DNA from: a bacterium
GTDB lineage: Bacteria > Bacteroidota > Ignavibacteria > UBA10030
Assembly (NCBI GenBank): GCA_043803945.1
Contig: JAZDJN010000073.1
Location: 1-47,389, forward strand
Direction: 5' to 3'
Length of the DNA: 47,389 nucleotides
Shown: positions 17,666-28,361 of the stretch, in pieces
Position numbering within the stretch: position 1 is the stretch's first letter
How the letters are laid out: each line of letters begins with the position of its first letter
Position numbers and translations under genes: made by a program
Notes under the pieces: model-generated
What the model saw: the letters and a program-made list of their open reading frames with translations, nothing else
What the model was told of the DNA's origin: nothing
Databases searched by the model: none

Positions 17666-20032
17666 CTATGCCGCATAGAGCAGTGATTGCAATTCATTTA
17701 CTGCTTCCCGTAATTTTTCGGCACCACCAAACTTCTTTGCTATTTCTAAGACATTGCCATACTTGTCCGCTATCGAAGGCATTTTCAATACATCGGGAAT
17801 AATGAACTGTGCCGTCCCATGTTCAGCATACTTCTCGAGCAGATCTTCAAGAATTGTTTTCGCATCCGTTCCGTACTTTTCAAAGAAGTCTTTCTTTTCT
17901 TTCCGCACCCGTTCGGCGTGTTCGCGCCTGGTTCTCAGCGGGGCATTGAACGCAACGTGACAAAGCAAATCAAATGGATCAGCGTCTTCTTGATGCGTGG
18001 AAGCAGCTTATTCATCGAAGTTGATTCCGCGTCTAACTTTTCTATTATCTCCGAACGCCCCTCTGGCGTTACCCATTGTTTTCGCATATCTGCCGATGAA
18101 GGGAAGAGGGTTCGAACTTTCTCTGCTGTATAATCTGTATACTTTACAACGCGGAGTTGTTTGCCATCCGGATCGAGTTCATACACCAGATGTGCTGCGA
18201 TCTCAACATGGCCGCCATCGAAGTAGTATTTTCGCTTGTTGCCCTCTGAGTCATCTGAAATCTTCGCGACATAGGTTGCATCTGAATCTGAGGCCGTTGG
18301 AGCATTCTCTTCCACAACGGTATATGTTGTCGGAATTGTGTTCCCGTCATCATCAATGGATTCCTCGGTAATGATTGCCGGATCTCCGTCGAAATCTTTG
18401 TCGGCAAATAACCGGGTTGCAGATCCTGTATAATTCAGAATATTGAAAAAGTATTTTCCGTAATCATCCCGAACCCGTGTGCCGCGGCCAATGATCTGTT
18501 TAAACTCCGTCATCGAATTGATCACCCGTGCAAGAACGATATTCTTGCAGGTCGGAGCATCCACTCCGGTCGTCAGAAGCTGGGAGGTGGTGAGAATAAC
18601 AGGAGAGGGAGTTTCCAGTTCCTGGAACCTCGACAGGTGCCCTCGCCCAATATCTCCTTCATTCGACGTTACCCGGCATACATAGTCCGGAAATTGCTGA
18701 ACAAGATCTGAATTCAGATTGTTTAACGCCCTCCGCATCTCATCGGCATGTTCCTGGTCCACACAGAAGACCATCGTCTTGGCATAGCGGTCAGATTTCT
18801 TCAGGAACTCCGTGAAATGTTTCGCGATGGCGGTTGTTCGTGCACGTAGAGCCACAACACGCTCAAAATCTTTTGTCTGGTATTCTTCATCCGGGATTTC
18901 CCGGCCATACCGGTCAAGGTCATCTTTGCTTGGTCTCCAACCGGCCGCATCATAGCTTGCTACCACCCTACGGACACGATAGGGCGCCAGAAAACCGTCA
19001 TCGATTCCCTGTCGCAGACTGTAGGTATAAATGGGATTGCCGAAATATTTGTAGGTGTCGCGGTTATCCTCACGCAGCGGCGTCGCTGTCATACCCAGTT
19101 GAAAGACCGGATGGAAGTATTCGAGAATCTCCCGCCAATTACTTTCGTCCGATGCGCTTCCCCGATAGCATTCATCGACAATAATAAGATCGAAGAAATC
19201 CCTGGCATATTCCCGATAGAACCCCGGGGCGCCGTTCATCTTTAGCTATTGCCTGATAAATGGCAAAGTAAATTTCACGGCTTTTTATAGCGTTGCCGTT
19301 TTCAATTTTCCATCGAGCAGCGCCAAAGGGAGCAAATATTTTATCTTTTGGGTCATCAACAAGAAACTTCCTGTCGGAAAGATACAGAATGCGTGGCTTA
19401 CGGTGATCACCGGTTCTATTCCATCGCGCATTCCAGAGCTTCCAACAGATCTGAAACGCCACGTCGGTTTTGCCTGTACCGGTTGCCATTGTTAAAAGAA
19501 TTCGTTTCTTCCCTTGAAGTATCGACTGAACAGATTTGTGAATGGCGATATCTTGATAATAGCGTGGTATCTTTCCGCTTTGAATATTGTAAGGGGTAAA
19601 TAATTTCTTTGAAACCTCTTCGTCTATTGATTGAGAATGACTGAGTCTATTCCACAAATCATTCGGTGACGGGAACTCAGGGATTTCTTTTTCTTTTCCC
19701 GTTAGAAAATCGAACTCGATGATGGAATGACCATTTGTTGAATAGGCAAATTTGAGCCCGAGTATAGATGCGTACTCTTGGGCTTGCTGTAATCCTTCAC
19801 CGGCCGACTTGAAGGCAGCTTTTGCCTCAACAACAGCAATCACATAATCGCGTGTGTACCTGATGAGATAATCGGCCCGCTTCTGTGGACGTCGAATGGG
19901 GCCTTTATTGGTTATAATGATACGACCATCCGTGAAGCTTCGTTGCTCGGTAAACGAATGGGGATCATTATCCCAACCCGCGCTGATAAGTTTTGGAAGG
20001 ACAAATTTTCTACACGTGTCGGCTTCGGTAAG
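17666..20032 (-). pseudogene. hsdR: Type I restriction endonuclease R subunit (EcoEI-like), multiply disrupted
   Basis: TEADTCRKFVLPKL, VVEAK, MATGTGKT, IVDECYRGSA, GMTATP, QIIGRGTR and an EcoEI-type C-terminus. Frameshifts near 19225 and 18030, an in-frame TAA at 18008-18010, and no in-frame ATG at the N-terminus. Confidence 0.9.
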
Positions 20033-20054
20033 AAAATTTCAACCTTATACTATT

Positions 20055-20095
20055 AAACCCGTTTGACGTTTGCTGATTTCAAGCCCGACGGGTTT
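20055..20095. repeat. Degenerate REP-like inverted repeat at the island boundary
   Basis: AAACCCGT (20055-20062) ... ACGGGTTT (20088-20095). Confidence 0.45.
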
Positions 20096-20173
20096 TTAAA
20101 ATCACTACCATGCCTCACTAGTCAGCACTGTGTCGTAAATCCACTTCTATGAGAAATGAAAAGCAATCGCTTG

Positions 20174-22495
20174 TCAACGATCAGACGTAACAACATCAAT
20201 CTCATCGACAAACAGCCATGCCTTCGAACCGGCACCTTTATGCCATGAAGGACATACACCAATATTCTTTGCCACCACCTTGATGTATCGACCTGACGTG
20301 CGACTCGGAGTGAGATCGAAACGTTTTTGGAATGCCCCTTGTATAGTCTCCGGGATATTGTTCTTTGCGGCATCGAACTTTCTGAAATCGACACCGCCAT
20401 GGGAGCCGTAAAACTCAACGGTTTTCGGCAAGAAAATAGAGTTCGCGATATCCTGAAGAAATGAAATGGATATTTTTTTAATGACGGTACTTACACCGAA
20501 ATCCAGCACGACATCGAGATCGACTCCTTCATAGCCCTGCCATCTGCCGTCACTGAAATCGGTGGAACCACTGAGGCCATCAATGATTCCCATTACACCA
20601 CCGGCAGTATACCGGGAAGAGAAAGAATTCTTTATGGTGATTCCATACTTCGCCCGGATATAGCTTGCAGTCTTCAGGAGACTGCTGTTTCCCTCTTTTG
20701 TTACCGCAATCGCATTCAATATTGCCGACTCCCTGAGAATGATCGGTCGTGAATATCTCTGTGACTTGACATTCGGCTCTGATCCATCCAGTGTATAATA
20801 GATGGCAGCCTCTTCGTTCGATGACAGCGTGACGTGAATGGTATCGACATAGGTTGCCCTTTCCGGGCTGATTGTGAGATCCGGTGGTGCCTTGAACAAT
20901 CCAAAAGAGGAGAGTGTCGGATTCGTTCTGGATTCTTCAATTACAAGGCGCACTTTATGCGTTGTAATCAGGGGGAAGCGCAGCAACCGCTTATAGCCGA
21001 TTGTTGTTCCCCTTGCAAATTCGATCCAACCATCCTCACCAAATGCTTCAAGCCGGAATTTCTCAACCCGCTGGCCAACCTGGATTTGCTCCTGAAGCAT
21101 GGCCCGATCAAACGATTGTTCCTTCGGCAATTCGAATTCCACCATCGCCGTCGTAACTGTGTCAACCGTTGTCCAGTAGGTACGCTTATTATTGTCGAGG
21201 AGAAACGAAGCGCTATTCCCCTTTTTCTCATTCGAGGCAATCACCCTCGATCCAGTGAGCAGATTATTCTTAAAGGTCTGAGCGAGGATTTTTTTCATCC
21301 CTAGAAGATTTTTTATATCATTCCCGTGAATCAATCCACGCTTATCCGGAGGAACATTCAAGAGCAACACACCATTGCGACCTACAGAACTGTAATAGAT
21401 GTCGACAAGTTTTTCAGGTGTCTTGACCTGATCATCCTGCTGGGGATGATAAAACCAACCCGGTCGAATGGAGACATCAGTCTCTGCCGGATACCAAACC
21501 AGTGACTTCGCGTTCATGATTTTCTCGCGGCTTCCCAGATCGCTACCAGTAAGATCGCCGGGAATAAAAGCTCCATCAACAGGATCCTGCTGCGAAGAGG
21601 CTGCAATGGAATCGAGATTCTGCACGATATTAGGAACGATGCTCCATTCCGTTTCACGTCCATACCCCGATTCTGTTCCCACCCAACGGATATCTGGGCC
21701 CATCCCAAAAATCACCGCATTGGGCTGAAGTTCACGAATGACTTTATAGTACGATGGCCAGTCGTAAACCTGCCGCTTACCATTCGGTCCTTCGCCACAT
21801 GCCCCGTCGAACCAGACCTCCGACACTTCGCCATATCCGGTGAGCAATTCACGAAGTTGATTTCGAAAATACTCGTTGTATCGCGGCGAATCCCCATAGC
21901 TCGGCTCGTGGCGATCCCAGGGTGAGAGATAGATACCGAATTTCAACCCATGTTCCTTACACGCCTTTGCAACATCGCCAACAACATCGCCGTTGCCATC
22001 CTGCCAGGATGAACTCTTCACAGAGTGGTCTGTGTATTTGCTTGGCCACAGACAGAATCCATCATGGTGTTTCGCGGTGACGATAATCATCCTCATCCCT
22101 GCGTCTCTCATCACGCGTGCCCATTGCGAGGCATCGAATTGTACAGGATTAAAAAGTATTGGATCCTCTGTTCCTTCACCCCATTCACGGTCGGTAAAGG
22201 TGTTCATGCCGAAATGCACAAAGGCGGTGAGCTCTCGTTCCTGCCATGCAACCTGCCGCAGCGATGGCACAACATTCGCAGCCTTGCTGATAATCTCATC
22301 GGATGAATCGCCCGGTTTGATCAATACATAATTTCGTATTTCTGCTGTTGGAGTGCGCACCTCTTGTTTCTTGATTACCTGATCTTGTGGTGCGGGTGAA
22401 CAGAAGATCTGCGAGCTCCAGAGTATCAGAAGCATCATTCCCGTCGACCATGCCCAGAGTGAATTCCTGGCGCATCTCATTCTCGTTTCCTCCAT
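20174..22495 (-). CDS. GH29 (subfamily B-like) alpha-L-fucosidase with F5/8, Fn3-associated and second F5/8-like domains
   Basis: FVHFGMNTF, TAKHHDGFCLWPS, YLSPWDRH, VWFDGA, DVSIRPGWFYH, SVGRN..LLLNVPP, TTIGYKR, IYYTLDGSEP. Confidence 0.94.
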   Translation of the reverse strand: MEETRMRCARNSLWAWSTGMMLLILWSSQIFCSPAPQDQVIKKQEVRTPTAEIRNYVLIKPGDSSDEIISKAANVVPSLRQVAWQERELTAFVHFGMNTFTDREWGEGTEDPILFNPVQFDASQWARVMRDAGMRMIIVTAKHHDGFCLWPSKYTDHSVKSSSWQDGNGDVVGDVAKACKEHGLKFGIYLSPWDRHEPSYGDSPRYNEYFRNQLRELLTGYGEVSEVWFDGACGEGPNGKRQVYDWPSYYKVIRELQPNAVIFGMGPDIRWVGTESGYGRETEWSIVPNIVQNLDSIAASSQQDPVDGAFIPGDLTGSDLGSREKIMNAKSLVWYPAETDVSIRPGWFYHPQQDDQVKTPEKLVDIYYSSVGRNGVLLLNVPPDKRGLIHGNDIKNLLGMKKILAQTFKNNLLTGSRVIASNEKKGNSASFLLDNNKRTYWTTVDTVTTAMVEFELPKEQSFDRAMLQEQIQVGQRVEKFRLEAFGEDGWIEFARGTTIGYKRLLRFPLITTHKVRLVIEESRTNPTLSSFGLFKAPPDLTISPERATYVDTIHVTLSSNEEAAIYYTLDGSEPNVKSQRYSRPIILRESAILNAIAVTKEGNSSLLKTASYIRAKYGITIKNSFSSRYTAGGVMGIIDGLSGSTDFSDGRWQGYEGVDLDVVLDFGVSTVIKKISISFLQDIANSIFLPKTVEFYGSHGGVDFRKFDAAKNNIPETIQGAFQKRFDLTPSRTSGRYIKVVAKNIGVCPSWHKGAGSKAWLFVDEIDVVTSDR

Positions 22496-22727
22496 AAGTT
22501 CACATCACTATCGCTCGTAAAGATAATCAATGTTTCCTCTTCCATGCCATGCATTTTCTCAGCACCCATAGGAAAAATTAAAGGAACCTATTAACTCATC
22601 GAAGAAGGAGGGGCGAGCCTTTTTTCGGTTCGACGGGTATCTTCTCATAGAACCGGAGCTCGCAATATTTCTGATAATCCTCGATGTCGGGAGCAACGAG
22701 TATTCCACCCTGAGGTACGAATCCTGA

Positions 22728-24740
22728 TTAGCGAGCTGGCCACAGGCGAACGAGAACCACGCCATGCCGCGGCACCATTGAAGAATATTGTCCGGAAAAT
22801 ACCCCGAGCGTTTTCTGCCTCCAAAGATCGCGGACGCTCTGTTTTCCTGATACTCCGAGAACTGCCCAATATGCGGTTATCTTCACATTAAATTCACTGC
22901 GATTGAAAAGTCCAACCGCCTTCGATCCATCCTCCATCTCTTTTACCCAGACCTCCTGGTCTTCTTCCTTTGCCACACGCTTGCCCGGTTTTCCCAATGG
23001 ATCCTGATCGACTTCAATCACTTCGTCGTTCGTGAGCAGGCTCAGGGTGAATTCATCCAGGCGCGTCATATCGCCGCTGAAGATGAGCGGAGCCGACAGG
23101 ATGCACCAGAGAGAGACGTGCGTATACTGCTCATTCGGCGAGAGCGGTGTGGGAACGGTCTCCCCGTTCCAATTGCTCAAGTACCCGAGCAGAAGATAGT
23201 CGGGATCATTCCATCCTCCGGGTCCGCCATACTTGTGGAGTTCATGCTTCGAATAATGATCGAAGCCATCGCGGAAGAGTGCATCGGGAATCCCTTCAAA
23301 CGAGCCGCCAAGATCTCCCGCTGTCCGCCAACTCTGCCCGCCCATCGCTTTCCCCCACTCCCATACGTTGCCCATGCCATACTGGCAGAGATTGAGAACG
23401 ATATCCCGTTTCTGTTCCATCAGGATATCGCCGATCAGTCGGTACGGTTTCTGAAAGGCACCGGTCGTTCACTCCTTCTCAATCGCTCCGTAGGAACACC
23501 AATCGTATTTCAGAAAATCGTACCCCCATTCAACGTACCGCTGCACATCCTGCTCTTCATGTTGATACGCACTGATATGTCCGGCGCAAGTGGTTGGACC
23601 TGGTGATGTATAAATACCAGCCTTGAGTCCTTTCGAGTGAATATAGTCCGTTAAGGCTTTCATATCGGGGAAGCGTTTATTAGCGTTGATCTTTCCCTGA
23701 GCATCACGCTGATCACCGAGGAGTGTTGAATCCTTTGAAACAGGTTTTACTGACCAGCAGTCGTCAATGTTGATATACTGGTATCCATGGTTGATCATTC
23801 CGGTGTTCACCATCGCATCGGCAGCATCCCTCATAATTTTGTCTGTCACATGGTTTTCCCAAACATACCAGCTATTCCATCCCATATGCGGTGTGAGGGC
23901 GAGTTCATCGCCGCAGACGATAGTGAATTTCCGTTCTGCTTTTCCAAGCTTATTGCCGGCAGCGAATGTGACATGGTAAGTACCTCGTTGTGCGATAGCG
24001 CCGGTGATTTGTCCCGATCGTTCATCAACCCGTAAACCTGCAGGCAGCCCCTTTACCGCGAATGTCATTGGCCGATCTCCCGTAGAAGCGATGGTGAAGA
24101 GAAATGGAGAGCTCGGCCGGACACCAAAGATTTTCGCTCCGTTGATTTTCGGTTTTGGGCCGGACTTACGAGTGAGGGTCACCTTCGGTTCAAGCGGTGG
24201 ATGTGTTATGATCGGCGCCTTGCCATGATACGTAAACTTAGCATCGACCCAATCGGCGTGGTCGAAACTAATACCATCCCCCGCGTCGCCTGCCATCAAG
24301 ATCAGCGTTTTGATTCCACCGAGTTTTACTCTCACATCACTTGCCGGCTGGCCCGGTTTCATAGTACCGGAAGCCCAGAGCTGCTTGCCATCGCCAAGGA
24401 TTCTGAACAAGACTGAACCCGGTTTTTCCTTCGCTCCATCATCGACTCCAACCTTTGCGATGAAGAGGTCTGTCTTTCCATCCAGTTGTATCCAGATTGC
24501 GCTGCTTGCATGAGTTCCTACACCCTCGGCAAAATTTTGACCGGCTATGGAGAGCTGTTTTTCTGTGACAGATTTGTTTGCCTGTGCTTTTCCCCATCCC
24601 TGTCTCACTTTCGTGAGGTCCAACGAAGAGAGCGGGAGTATTGATTCTTTTGACTGAGGGATGCAGATCGAACTGAGGATCATCAGTGACGCAAGAACTC
24701 TTGAACATCGAGCGAGAACGCTACTGAGTTGCTGAGCCAT
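22728..24740 (-). pseudogene. GH27 alpha-galactosidase with NPCBM and Ig-like domains, split by an in-frame TGA at 23469-23471
   Basis: GVGTHA...DHADW (NPCBM), LTPHMGWNSW, NIDDCW, LKYDWC, then SWRTAGD and WNDPDYL after the stop. Both ORFs share one frame: ...IEKE*TTGAFQKPYRLIGDILMEQ. Confidence 0.88.
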
Positions 24741-24751
24741 GAGATTCTCCT

Positions 24752-25135
24752 TTAATGACCATGATTTGAATGCTTACCGCGTGAGGAGGATTCTTCTTCC
24801 ATATCAAGATGAAACTTATGGAGAAACCGATGAAAGAGAGGTGCGATAATCAATCCGAGAGCTATCAGAAGGACAAGTCCACAATACAACGCATAACATC
24901 CTGCAAAGATCTTTCCAGCATCGGTGTGAAGCTCGGTTACCGGACCCATCCCCCCCATAAGCATCGCAGCATTAACGAATGCATCGACCCATGAGAGGTT
25001 TTCAAACAATCGATAGCCAAACATTCCGACAAGCAGGGAGAAAAGAATCAACATTAATGAAGTGAGAGCGAATTGTGCCACCCGTCGAATAAACGCGGAA
25101 TGGGTGAGTAAGGGTTTTGTCCGATGTTCAAACAT
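24752..25135 (-). CDS. Small membrane protein with two TM helices and a K-channel-like pore loop
   Basis: MFEHR start with RBS GGAGG; GMFGY..FENLSWVDAFVNAAMLMGGMGP...GKIFAGCYALY. Follows phoU. Confidence 0.7.
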   Translation of the reverse strand: MFEHRTKPLLTHSAFIRRVAQFALTSLMLILFSLLVGMFGYRLFENLSWVDAFVNAAMLMGGMGPVTELHTDAGKIFAGCYALYCGLVLLIALGLIIAPLFHRFLHKFHLDMEEESSSRGKHSNHGH

Positions 25136-25287
25136 TGCTTCCTCCAGAAACGTTAGACACTCCTTCATCAGGAGTAGATATGGTATCCAACCTATCAACT
25201 ATGATAAGCAAGGAAGGCGATCGATCATTTTCAGAAAGAGATCATTTCGTTCATCCCAATCGTCGAGCCGATGATGGTTTGATCGGA

Positions 25288-25965
25288 TTATCGATGGGTA
25301 TCCCGTTTCTCATCGGCATGGTGTTTCACGATACGCGCTTGAGCCAGGAAAATTACTTCTTCGGCAATATTTGTCGTCAGGTCGGCGACACGTTCAAGAT
25401 TTCTGCTGACACGAACAAGCTCAAGGCCGCATTCGAGCATCTTCTTATCCTTGTTGACCATCTCAATAACTTTGCGGCTCATTGCCCGGTTGAGCTCATC
25501 GACATAATCGTCACGGTCGAGAACACCCTGTGCCTTTTTTGGATTCATGTGAATGAAGCTGTCGATGGCATCGTGCAACATGGTTTTTGCTGCTTCCGCC
25601 ATGTCTGGGATATGGAGCAGGGATTGCCTCGATGGAAGCTTCATCAATGTCCGTGTCGATTGAGCGATATTTACTGCATGATCGCCAATGCGTTCCAGGT
25701 CGTTATTGATTTTTTGTGCCGCTATGATAAACCGCAAATCGATAGCGACAGGTTGCTGAAGTGCGAGCAGATCGAGAATGCTGTTATCATTCTCCGTTTC
25801 AAGATCATTCACCCGCTCATCGGATTGGATCACCTTCTCAGCAATATCCGCTTGTTTTTCCTGCACGGCGCGGATCGCATTCACAATTGAATCCTCGACG
25901 ATGCTCGCCATTTTGACCAGAGTCGTTTTGAGACTCTCTAATTCCCGTTGGAAGTGCCGTTGCAT
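25288..25965 (-). CDS. phoU: Phosphate signalling complex protein PhoU
   Basis: QQPVAIDLR, DLERIGDHAVNIA, RNLERVADLTTNIAEEV; ends the pst operon. Confidence 0.96.
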   Translation of the reverse strand: MQRHFQRELESLKTTLVKMASIVEDSIVNAIRAVQEKQADIAEKVIQSDERVNDLETENDNSILDLLALQQPVAIDLRFIIAAQKINNDLERIGDHAVNIAQSTRTLMKLPSRQSLLHIPDMAEAAKTMLHDAIDSFIHMNPKKAQGVLDRDDYVDELNRAMSRKVIEMVNKDKKMLECGLELVRVSRNLERVADLTTNIAEEVIFLAQARIVKHHADEKRDTHR

Positions 25966-25987
25966 AATCTTCTCTCCTTACCTCGCC

Positions 25988-26746
25988 TTATCCAAATCTG
26001 CCCGTAATGTACTCTTCTGTTTTTTGCCTCGCAGGTGCAGTGAAAATCTGGTGGGTTTCTCCGAATTCAATCAATTCACCCAAATAGAGAAAAGCCGTAT
26101 AGTCGCTTGCCCGGGCGGCCTGCTGCATATTATGAGTTACGATAACAATTGTATATTCTTTTTTCAACTCCTGCATTAGTTCCTCAATCCGGAATGTTGC
26201 CAGTGGATCGAGCGCTGAACATGGTTCGTCCATCAGGATGATTTTCGGTTTCATCGCCAGTACTCGTGCGATACAAAGCCGCTGTTGCTGTTCTAAAGAA
26301 AGTGAGAGCGCGGATTTCTGGAGCCGGTCTTTCAAATCGTCCCACAGCAACACGTTCCGTAACGCATGTTCTACGAGTTCCGGAAATTCAATCCTGGTTT
26401 TTGTGCGATGAATTTCCATACCGAAAGTGATGTTGTTAAACACCGTCAGGGGGAACGGGTTGGGACGCTGAAACACCATTCCTACTTTTCTCCGGAGAGC
26501 AATGAGATCAACGTCTGGCGAAAATATATTTTCATCCTGAATCATCACGCGCCCGGTGACCCGCACACCTTCGATCAAGTCGTTCATATGGTTGAAGACA
26601 CGGACAAGGGTGGATTTCCCGCATCCCGACGGTCCGATTAATGCCGTGATTTTCTTATCCTGGATATTCAGATCGATATCGATCAGCGCCTGGAAATTGC
26701 CGTAGAAAAGATTCAAATGTCGCGTTTCGATAATGGGTTTATCCAT
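25988..26746 (-). CDS. pstB: Phosphate ABC transporter ATPase (degenerate signature LSLEQ)
   Basis: [49 protein letters not shown]. Confidence 0.95.
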   Translation of the reverse strand: MDKPIIETRHLNLFYGNFQALIDIDLNIQDKKITALIGPSGCGKSTLVRVFNHMNDLIEGVRVTGRVMIQDENIFSPDVDLIALRRKVGMVFQRPNPFPLTVFNNITFGMEIHRTKTRIEFPELVEHALRNVLLWDDLKDRLQKSALSLSLEQQQRLCIARVLAMKPKIILMDEPCSALDPLATFRIEELMQELKKEYTIVIVTHNMQQAARASDYTAFLYLGELIEFGETHQIFTAPARQKTEEYITGRFG

Positions 26747-26748
26747 TG

Positions 26749-27510
26749 CTATCCGAACTTTCCCGTGATGTAATCTTCCGTTCGCTTATCAGATGGTGCT
26801 GTGAAGATCAACCGTGTTTCGTTCAGTTCAACCAGTTCACCCAGAAGGAAAAATGCTGTCCGCATTCCGATGCGGGCAGCCTGTGCGATGTTGTTTGTCA
26901 CGAGAATCAGTGTATAGCGCTCCTTTAAAATCCGCATGGTCTCTTCCACGCGAGCTGTTGAAATCGGATCGAGTCCCGAAGTCGGTTCATCGAAGAGGAT
27001 CACCTCCGGGTCCACCGCAAGGATGCGCGCCATGCAGAGCCGCTGCTGCTGGCCGCCGGAAAGATTCATGGCCGGTGTTCTCAATCGGTCTTTGACTTCA
27101 TCCCAGAGATAGGCTTCCTTCAAGCTTTTTTCTACAATCTCATTCAATCGTTCCTTCCTGGTGATGCCATGCATCCTCGGCCCGTAAGTGATATTGTCAA
27201 AGATCGAAAGCGGCAACGGGAATGGCAACGCGAATACAATTCCAATTCGCTTTCGGAGCTCTTCGACATCAATGGACTCCATCTCTTTCCCGTCAAAAAG
27301 TATTGTGCCCGTCTTTCGGTATGTCGGCTGTAAATCATTCAGGCGATTCAATGCCTGGAGAAAGGTTGACTTACCGGAATTGGCTGGTCCGATAATAGTC
27401 AGAATCTCGTTCCGCTCGACATCCAGATTAAGGCCTTTGATCGCAGGTGTCTTCCCAAAGGATAAGGAGAGATTCAGTATGGAGAAAATATGTTTCGGTG
27501 TCTCTACCAT
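26749..27510 (-). CDS. pstB: Phosphate ABC transporter ATPase (degenerate Q-loop and H-loop)
   Basis: [42 protein letters not shown]. Confidence 0.93.
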   Translation of the reverse strand: MVETPKHIFSILNLSLSFGKTPAIKGLNLDVERNEILTIIGPANSGKSTFLQALNRLNDLQPTYRKTGTILFDGKEMESIDVEELRKRIGIVFALPFPLPLSIFDNITYGPRMHGITRKERLNEIVEKSLKEAYLWDEVKDRLRTPAMNLSGGQQQRLCMARILAVDPEVILFDEPTSGLDPISTARVEETMRILKERYTLILVTNNIAQAARIGMRTAFFLLGELVELNETRLIFTAPSDKRTEDYITGKFG

Positions 27511-28361
27511 TTCTTTTTCTTCCTGATCCGGTACCGGATGATGATCGCTGCGAGATTGAGCAAAAGCACAAGCAGAAGCAGTACCAGTGCTGTTCCAAAC
27601 CGGACATTCTCAGGTACTCCGGGTACTTGTGTCGATATGACATACAGATGGTAGGGAAGCGCCATGGTTTGGTCGAAGACAGAGCCAGGCAGTTTGGGGA
27701 GATAGAACGCTGCAACCGTGAATAAGATCGGTGCCGTCTCTCCTGCCGCCCTGCCAAGGCCGAGAATAGTACCGGTGAGAATACCAGGAATCGCATGCGG
27801 CAGCACCGAATACCGGATGGTTTGCCATTTGCTTGCACCCAGCGAGAGGCTGACAATACGGAATGATTTGGGAACACTCTCAAGCGCTTCGCGTGAGGCG
27901 GTAATTATCACGGGAAGAATCATAATCCCGAGCGTCAGGGATCCTGACAGGATTGAAGCGCCGAAGCCGAGAAACATCACGAAGATCCCGAGACCGAATA
28001 ATCCGTACACCACAGAGGGTACACCCGCGAGATTGACAATCGCCAGTTTGATCAGACGGCTGGTTCTGTTTTCACTTGAATATTCGACAAGATAGATCGC
28101 TGAGAGAACACCAAGAGGCACGGCAAAACAAATGGCACCCAGGACAAGATAGATCGTACCAAGGATGGCCGGAAAAATTCCACCGGCGTTCATACCGTTT
28201 TTCGGCATCTCAAAAAGAAATTCAAGACTGAGTGCGCTTGCCCCTTTCATGAAAATGATGGTAAGAATAATAAGAACCGGCAGCACCACAAGCAATGTGC
28301 AGAAGAAGAGGACACCGAAGGCTATTTTTTCCTGCGTCTTAACGTTCATCGCATTCATCAT
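27504..28361 (-). CDS. pstA: Phosphate ABC transporter permease PstA
   Basis: LAGVPSVVYGLFG, GRAAGETAPIL. Confidence 0.95.
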   Translation of the reverse strand: MMNAMNVKTQEKIAFGVLFFCTLLVVLPVLIILTIIFMKGASALSLEFLFEMPKNGMNAGGIFPAILGTIYLVLGAICFAVPLGVLSAIYLVEYSSENRTSRLIKLAIVNLAGVPSVVYGLFGLGIFVMFLGFGASILSGSLTLGIMILPVIITASREALESVPKSFRIVSLSLGASKWQTIRYSVLPHAIPGILTGTILGLGRAAGETAPILFTVAAFYLPKLPGSVFDQTMALPYHLYVISTQVPGVPENVRFGTALVLLLLVLLLNLAAIIIRYRIRKKKKW

